Positions 36,961-41,858 of a stretch of 41,858 bases of DNA are shown here, piece after piece. The stretch lies in the UHGV virus genome UHGV-0466892, one strand, 5' to 3'. Under the pieces are notes generated by a model that was not told where the DNA came from, made no database searches, and saw nothing but the letters and a program-made list of their open reading frames with translations. How positions within the stretch are numbered: position 1 is the first letter of the stretch; every line of letters begins with the position of its first letter. Position numbers and translations under genes: made by a program. This DNA is from a virus.

Positions 36961-38079
36961 ATGATGATGGAAAACACGAATATCGTAACCGCTGAACAGC
37001 AGACTCCAAACACGATCTCAGCCAGCAATGCCATTTTCAACGTGCAGGCTTTAACCCAGCTTCAGTCTGTCGCCGGGTTGATGGCACAGGCAGCCGTAAC
37101 GGTGCCTGAGCACCTCCGCGGCAATCCGGCAGACTGCATGGCCATCATCATGCAGGCGATGCAGTGGGGTATGAACCCTTACGCCGTGGCGCAAAAGACG
37201 CACCTGGTTAACGGTGTCCTGGGATACGAAGCGCAACTGGTTAATGCGGTGATCTCCAGCTCAAACGCCATCGTTGGCCGCTTTCACTATGAGTACGAGG
37301 GCGACTGGTCGAAATGTGCCAGCAGCCGCGAGATAACCGTTAAAAAGCCTGCGAAAGGTGGCGGGACGTACGACAAGAAAGAAATGGTACGCGGTTGGGA
37401 AAGTGCTGATGAACAAGGACTGTCGGTACGGGTAGGTGCCGTTATTCGCGGTGAAAGTGATATCACCTGGGGAGAGCCTGTTTTCCTCTCCAGCGTAATC
37501 ACACGTAATTCTCCACTTTGGGTATCAAACCCGAAACAGCAGATCGCTTATCTGGCACTCAAATACTGGGCGCGCCTGTATTGCCCTGCAGTTGTTCTTG
37601 GTGTGTACACCCCTGATGAGATTGAACAGCGCACAGAAAAAGAGATCAACCCAACGCCGCAACGCGTTAGCCTGGCTGATATCTCAGGTGACACCGTCAC
37701 AACCACGCAAAGCGCACAGGAATCGTCGGTAAATGTCGGCTCTCTTGCCGATGATTTCCGCGAACGCATCGAATCTGCTCAGGACGTGGATAGCGCCAAA
37801 TCGCTGCGTGCCGACATTGAAACGGCGAAAGCTACGCTGGGATCCGCACTATTCACCGAGCTGAAAAACAAAGCCGTAAAGCGTTATTACCTAGTGGATG
37901 CACGCAACAAGGTTGAGGAGGCTATTAAATCCCTGCCCCAGCCCGACGAGCCGCATGCAGCCGAACGGTTCGCTGAAGCCGAGCGCATGCTTGCATCTTC
38001 AAAGCGTCACTTAGGCGATGAACTGCACGATCAATTCAGCATCACCCTGGCGGATATGAAACCGGAATACGTGGCCTGA
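36961..38079 (+). CDS. single-strand annealing recombinase, RecT/Red-beta superfamily
   Basis: 372 aa; segment ADCMAIIMQAMQWGMNPYAV ... GVLGYEAQL resembles the conserved core of Red-beta/RecT proteins. Confidence 0.7.
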   Translation: MMMENTNIVTAEQQTPNTISASNAIFNVQALTQLQSVAGLMAQAAVTVPEHLRGNPADCMAIIMQAMQWGMNPYAVAQKTHLVNGVLGYEAQLVNAVISSSNAIVGRFHYEYEGDWSKCASSREITVKKPAKGGGTYDKKEMVRGWESADEQGLSVRVGAVIRGESDITWGEPVFLSSVITRNSPLWVSNPKQQIAYLALKYWARLYCPAVVLGVYTPDEIEQRTEKEINPTPQRVSLADISGDTVTTTQSAQESSVNVGSLADDFRERIESAQDVDSAKSLRADIETAKATLGSALFTELKNKAVKRYYLVDARNKVEEAIKSLPQPDEPHAAERFAEAERMLASSKRHLGDELHDQFSITLADMKPEYVA

Positions 38080-38117
38080 CGAGACCGGGAGGGGTAACCC
38101 TCCCTCAAGGAGATTAT

Positions 38118-38360
38118 ATGCGACTGATCAATCGAGGAAGTAAGCAATCACCTTTAGCTCGCCAAGCATGCGACATCGCGCTGGCAGCTCACTTGCAAAC
38201 ATATGGCGACTATGGGCGAAGCAAGATGAAAGAGACTTATACGGTGAAGGTTGAAGGCGTGAAAGTCTGGGTGGAGGTGGTGAACCGAAAGGCGAGCTAC
38301 GTGGCCACAGCGATGACCGGCATGCGCCGTCTCCGCTCCCTGCCCGGGCAGGTTGGTTGA
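38118..38360 (+). CDS. small hypothetical protein
   Basis: 80 aa; ATG with AGGAG Shine-Dalgarno, preceded by a GC hairpin gggaggg-gtaa-ccctccc. Confidence 0.4.
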   Translation: MRLINRGSKQSPLARQACDIALAAHLQTYGDYGRSKMKETYTVKVEGVKVWVEVVNRKASYVATAMTGMRRLRSLPGQVG

Positions 38361-38401
38361 AAAAGATTTTGAATGGCCCGAACGGGCAACTGGAGAGAGC
38401 T

Positions 38402-38599
38402 ATGGATGATATTTTGGTAACGTCAGACCTGACCAGTCGCTACAAAATTTCACGCAAAACCCTTTGGTCATGGCAAAGTGCAGACACAATGCCTCGGGGC
38501 TTCGTATGCCCGTTCCCACCCCCTGACTGGCCCGGCAACCCTAACCGCTGGCGCTCTGAGTCAATCAAAGAGTGGGAGGATAAAAAGAAGATAAATTAA
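38402..38599 (+). CDS. xis: excisionase / AlpA-family DNA-binding protein
   Basis: Start set at ATG 38402 ([25 protein letters not shown]...FPPPDW...WRSESIKEW) matching the AlpA/Xis HTH pattern; 3' end abuts the integrase 3' end. Confidence 0.6.
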
Positions 38600-39789
38600 C
38601 TGAAGGGCTCTCCGATGATCTCTTCAAGATGGCTCTGCCAAACGCGGAGCCAGTGTTTCTGATCATCGATATAGTCATGAAGGTTGTAATGCGCCATAAC
38701 CCCCACCATCTGATGCCCGAGCAGCTTTTCAATTACGTGCGGCGGGCAACCTAACTCAGAGAGATTTGTGGCTATCGTCCGCCTCATATCATGAAGCGAC
38801 CACTCTGCCATACCTGTTCCATTCCAAATAGAACGGGCGTAATTGGATGCCACAGGTGAATGAACGGGCGAATCTTTGATCCCGCCATCAATTTTACGTT
38901 GTGAAGTCACCAGGTGATTGGTGTTTATTTTCTTGAGGTGATTTCTGACCAAGTTAACGGCGGCGTCTGAGAGCCCCCTTCTAATATGTACCCGAGTTTT
39001 ATAACTGCCCGCAGGCACGACCCACTCATTATCATCCAATCGAAACCATGATCTCTCACTAAGTCGAATCTCAGCCGTACGGCATCCGGTAAGCATAATA
39101 AATTTCACCAGGAAAACGGACTCTATCGACATATGGCTTTTCAACCACTGATAGATTTTGCGCAGATCGTCATCGTCCATCCTGCGAGTTCTCTTTTTAG
39201 GCTTTTGCCCGACATCAGATGGCAGTAATCCCTCGAGTGGGTTTGAGGCGATCACACTTCTGTTAACGCAGAACCTAAACGCCCGTTTGCACAGCGAAAG
39301 CATGTAATGAGCCATCACCCTGCTTTCTATAGAATCGAAGACGTTGATCCAGTGCATTTTCGCTGTGTTATCGACTTTGACATTCTTCATCGGTTCGGCG
39401 ATATGTTTCTCAAACACCTGGCGATAGTAATCGACTTTAACTAGCCCGTTAGCGATACAGTGCCTTTCAATCCAGTAATTGAACGCTTCGGCAACGGACA
39501 TCGCTTCCTGTCGGGTCTGCTTATCCAGCTTCACCTGCTCTCGCGGATCCAGTCCCTCAGTTAACCAGTTTCTGAATTGTTGGCGACGCTCTCTTGCCTG
39601 GGTGATACTCATTGCAGGATAATCACCAACATTGAGTTTTACCGCTTTACCGGCCCAGCGATACCGATAGAAAAATGATATTTTTCCGGCCTGGCTGATT
39701 CTGGCGTTGAGCCCGTGCGAATCAGAAATAATCTCGATATCATCTCTTTTCTTGCCGAGCGCCTTCCTGAGCTTTGTGTCGGTGATCAT
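38596..39789 (-). CDS. int: tyrosine site-specific integrase (P4-like family)
   Basis: Start set at the Met of [14 protein letters not shown]...[10 protein letters not shown] (typical N-terminus); C-terminal HDMRRT ... LGH ... AHY region carries the catalytic R/H/Y motifs; the track start at 39846 is a GTG through upstream repeats. Confidence 0.85.
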
Positions 39790-39794
39790 TGAAT

Positions 39795-39835
39795 GGGTAC
39801 ACATTTTTGTTTTTGGGTACACAAAAGTGTACACA
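39795..39835. repeat. three direct repeats G(G/T)GTACACA upstream of int (candidate regulator or arm-type sites)
   Basis: gggtacaca at 39795-39803 and 39815-39823, gtgtacaca at 39827-39835. Confidence 0.45.
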
Positions 39836-40060
39836 AAGTTGCCCACTCAAAGCTACACGCAATGTAACACTAGTTCGCAGAGTGTTATGGTTTACATCCT
39901 TGAAAGCCTGCTGGATAAGGGTTTAGCGTAACAGAACGTTTTTACGCGGAATTGTTCGTAATATGCCAAATGACAATTTAAGAAAGTGTTCTAATTTATT
40001 AGAAATTTGCACTTAAATCAAAAAGTTACGGACAATTCAACCACCAGTCAATAAATTAAA

Positions 40061-40092
40061 GGGCACATTAAAGTACACAATATTTGTGCCCT
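40061..40092 (-). terminator. terminator-like hairpin downstream of the invertase gene
   Basis: gggcaca ... tgtgccc 7-bp stem with an 18-nt loop, flanked by A/T-rich sequence on both sides. Confidence 0.4.
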
Positions 40093-40112
40093 TCTCTGTT
40101 TCTTTCCCGTTA

Positions 40113-40661
40113 TCAGCTAGCTGGAAACTTTTTATACAGAGTTGAGAGCCCTACTCCATACGTTTTTGATACGCTTTGTCGTGATTCACCGGTTGCCATC
40201 CGCTCCCCCATTTCCCGCCATTGCTCATCCGTGAACTTAGGCCTGCGACCACCAACTCGCCCTTTTGCCCTGGCTACGGCCAGCCCTGCTAAGGTACGTT
40301 CGCTATTAAGATCAGATTCATATTGTGCTGCGGAAAGGATGTTACGAAAGTTATAGCGGCCGCTGGCTGTTTTGAGATCCACGCCATCGGTAATACTGCG
40401 GAAGTTGATACCCTTTTCCTGTAACTGCTGGAACATCAACAGCGCATGCAGAACGTTGCGGCCTATCCTGTCCAGCTTCCAGACCACCAGTTCATCCCCC
40501 GGCTGCATAGTGGCGATCAGCCGTTTTAGAACCGGCCGATTCGATTTCCTCCCGCTGGCATGCTCTTCAAAAATTTTCTCACAACCCGCTGACTTGAGCG
40601 CCGTTAGTTGCAATTCAGTGTCCTGGTGGTTTGTTGATACTCGGGCATAACCGTAAATCAT
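40113..40661 (-). CDS. serine recombinase, DNA invertase of the Hin/Gin/Cin/Pin family
   Basis: Start set at MIYGYARVSTNHQDTELQ (catalytic Ser-containing N-terminus); C-terminal HTH; GGAGA Shine-Dalgarno; lies adjacent to an invertible fiber segment. Confidence 0.9.
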   Translation of the reverse strand: MIYGYARVSTNHQDTELQLTALKSAGCEKIFEEHASGRKSNRPVLKRLIATMQPGDELVVWKLDRIGRNVLHALLMFQQLQEKGINFRSITDGVDLKTASGRYNFRNILSAAQYESDLNSERTLAGLAVARAKGRVGGRRPKFTDEQWREMGERMATGESRQSVSKTYGVGLSTLYKKFPAS

Positions 40662-40665
40662 GGGA

Positions 40666-40692
40666 TTTCTCCTGTTATGAAAACAGGAGAAA
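40666..40692. repeat. perfect 11-bp inverted repeat tttctcctgtt / aacaggagaaa spanning the invertase ribosome-binding site
   Basis: Arms at 40666-40676 and 40682-40692 with a 5-nt spacer; the left arm supplies the invertase Shine-Dalgarno on the minus strand. Confidence 0.5.
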
Positions 40693-40713
40693 CGGCGAAG
40701 CATCACCAGATTT

Positions 40714-41205
40714 TTGATGGTTATAAAAAAGGTTGGTTTGGGAGAAGGCTCAGCGTTACCCGTTGGTGTACCTGTTCCGTGGCCTTCAGCCACTCCTCCA
40801 ACAGGCTGGCTGAAATGCAATGGTGCGCCTTTTTCTGCCGCACAATATCCGAAGTTGGCACTGGCTTATCCTAGTCTGGCATTGCCGAATTTACGCGGTG
40901 AGTTCATCCGTGGCTGGGATGACGGGCGCGGTATTGACGCGGGGCGCGAAATTCTGTCTGCTCAGGGTGACGCCATTCGAAATATCGTTGGACACATCTC
41001 ATGCGTGCGTCGTGGGAGTGGATTTTCAGACCTTAAAGATGGCGCGTTTAGATACGATAGCAACTGGTCTACAAAAATTAAAGGGGATGGGGTCGAAGAC
41101 GACTGGGGGAGCGTAGTCTCATTTGATGCCAGTCGCGTAGTTCCAACTGCACCAGAAAACCGTCCACGCAGTATCGCATTTAACTTCATCGTGAGGGCCG
41201 CATAA
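40714..41205 (+). CDS. alternative tail fiber C-terminal (receptor-binding) cassette, start-less; expressed only after inversion
   Basis: Frame open from 40681 with no proper ATG or Shine-Dalgarno; KKVGLGEGSALPVGVPVPWPSATPPTGWLKCNGAPFSAAQYP...LRGEFIRGWDDGRGID is a typical variable fiber C-terminus. Confidence 0.7.
   Translation: MMVIKKVGLGEGSALPVGVPVPWPSATPPTGWLKCNGAPFSAAQYPKLALAYPSLALPNLRGEFIRGWDDGRGIDAGREILSAQGDAIRNIVGHISCVRRGSGFSDLKDGAFRYDSNWSTKIKGDGVEDDWGSVVSFDASRVVPTAPENRPRSIAFNFIVRAA
40721..40746. other. gix/hix-like inversion crossover site (partner of 709-734)
   Basis: TTATAAAAAAGG TT GGTTTGGGAGAA; the right half and TT core match the reverse complement of the site inside the fiber gene (TTCTCACATACC TT GGTTTGGGAACG). 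Confidence 0.6.
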
Positions 41206-41807
41206 TGACACAGGCAAAATTAAACAGTGAATTTATTGCCACAGTAGCGGGTGATATTACCGTCTATAACTATGACAACACGACACGGGAATACATTTCA
41301 TCATCAACAGAATATCTTGCCGTTGGCGTCGGTATCCCGGCATGTTCTTGTTTAGATGCGCCAGTTACACATAAAGCTGGTTATGCAATCTGCCGTTCTG
41401 CAGATTTTAACTCATGGGAATATGTGCCAGACCATCGCGGTGAAATCATCTATAGCACCGAAACAGGAGAATCGAAAGAAATCACAGCTCTGGGTGATTA
41501 CCCTGAAAATACAACCACTATCGCCCCGTTAACGCCATATGATAAATGGGATGGTGAGAAATGGGTGACGGATACTGAGGCACAGCATAGCGCCGCAGTA
41601 GAAGCGGCAGAAGCACAGCGCCAGTCACTGATTGATGCAGCAATGGCTTCCATTAGTCTGATTCAGCTGAAATTACAGGCCGGACGTAAACTTACGCAGG
41701 CAGAAACAACCAGGCTTAACGCTGTGCTGGATTACATTGACGCGGTGACGGCAACAGATACCAGCACCGCGCCGGATGTCATCTGGCCTGAACTGCCGGA
41801 GGTGTAG
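41205..41807 (+). CDS. tail fiber assembly protein (alternative Tfa)
   Basis: 200 aa; C-terminus ...TDTSTAPDVIWPELPEV is a typical Tfa ending; ATGA-coupled to the fiber cassette. Confidence 0.85.
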   Translation: MTQAKLNSEFIATVAGDITVYNYDNTTREYISSSTEYLAVGVGIPACSCLDAPVTHKAGYAICRSADFNSWEYVPDHRGEIIYSTETGESKEITALGDYPENTTTIAPLTPYDKWDGEKWVTDTEAQHSAAVEAAEAQRQSLIDAAMASISLIQLKLQAGRKLTQAETTRLNAVLDYIDAVTATDTSTAPDVIWPELPEV

Positions 41808-41858
41808 GCCATTCAATATCTGGCGCACCGGAAGTATCGACCAGTTCCAGTGTGTCCA
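41779..41858 (-). CDS. 3' end of the Tfa gene that begins at 361 (continuation across the window junction)
   Basis: Reading the minus strand from position 1 into 41858 keeps the frame: ...NLWLDY-LDTLELVDTSGAPDIEWPTPPAVQAR-stop at 41781-41779, a typical Tfa C-terminus. Confidence 0.6.
   Translation of the reverse strand, partial: DTLELVDTSGAPDIEWPTPPAVQAR

Noticed and set aside
39847-40112. tRNA or tmRNA fragment at the putative attP
   Set aside because: No acceptor-stem or T-arm-like pattern recognisable by eye; would need a proper tRNA scan.
40666-40692. The 11-bp perfect palindrome at the invertase 5' end as the inversion crossover site
   Set aside because: It lacks a partner in the fiber gene and the cassette frame only opens after its central TGA; the better-supported crossover pair is 40721-40746 and 709-734. 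It is retained as a likely invertase RBS or regulatory hairpin.
1-41858. CRISPR arrays, rRNA/tRNA genes, insertion sequences or transposase genes
   Set aside because: No regularly spaced short repeats, no structured-RNA-like conserved blocks and no transposase-like ORFs were seen; the only recombinases are the integrase and the invertase.

Overview
This 41,858-bp window reads as a complete temperate lambdoid phage genome with a contractile (myovirus-type, P2/Mu-like) tail, most likely from an enterobacterium, and the sequence appears to close on itself. Genes at 1-31781 are almost all on the minus strand: tail fiber and baseplate, tape measure, tail assembly chaperone, tube, sheath, head-tail joining proteins, major capsid, scaffold, Mu F-like protein, portal, terminase, lysis cassette (two holins, GH19 endolysin, Rz/Rz1), antiterminator Q, a nin-like region (RusA, YbcO-like, DinI-like with a LexA box, HNH endonuclease), an O-like replication initiator with internal ori iterons, and YdaT-like/Cro-like genes. 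Genes at 31884-38599 are on the plus strand: a CI-like repressor with two cargo genes and a terminator, a pL-like promoter, a RecE-like nuclease, a RecT/Red-beta-type annealing protein and an excisionase. The right end holds a tyrosine integrase (minus), a Hin/Gin/Pin-family invertase (minus) and an alternative start-less tail-fiber cassette plus a second Tfa (plus). The most interesting points are a Mu G-segment-like invertible tail-fiber switch that spans the window junction, and several self-contained cargo loci: the two genes co-transcribed with cI, a membrane protein between Q and lysis, a two-gene AT-rich insert inside the baseplate operon, and a Gly/Ala-rich membrane protein. No tRNA, rRNA, CRISPR array or IS element was seen. 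All calls rest on reading the ORF translations and DNA by eye; no database search was run.
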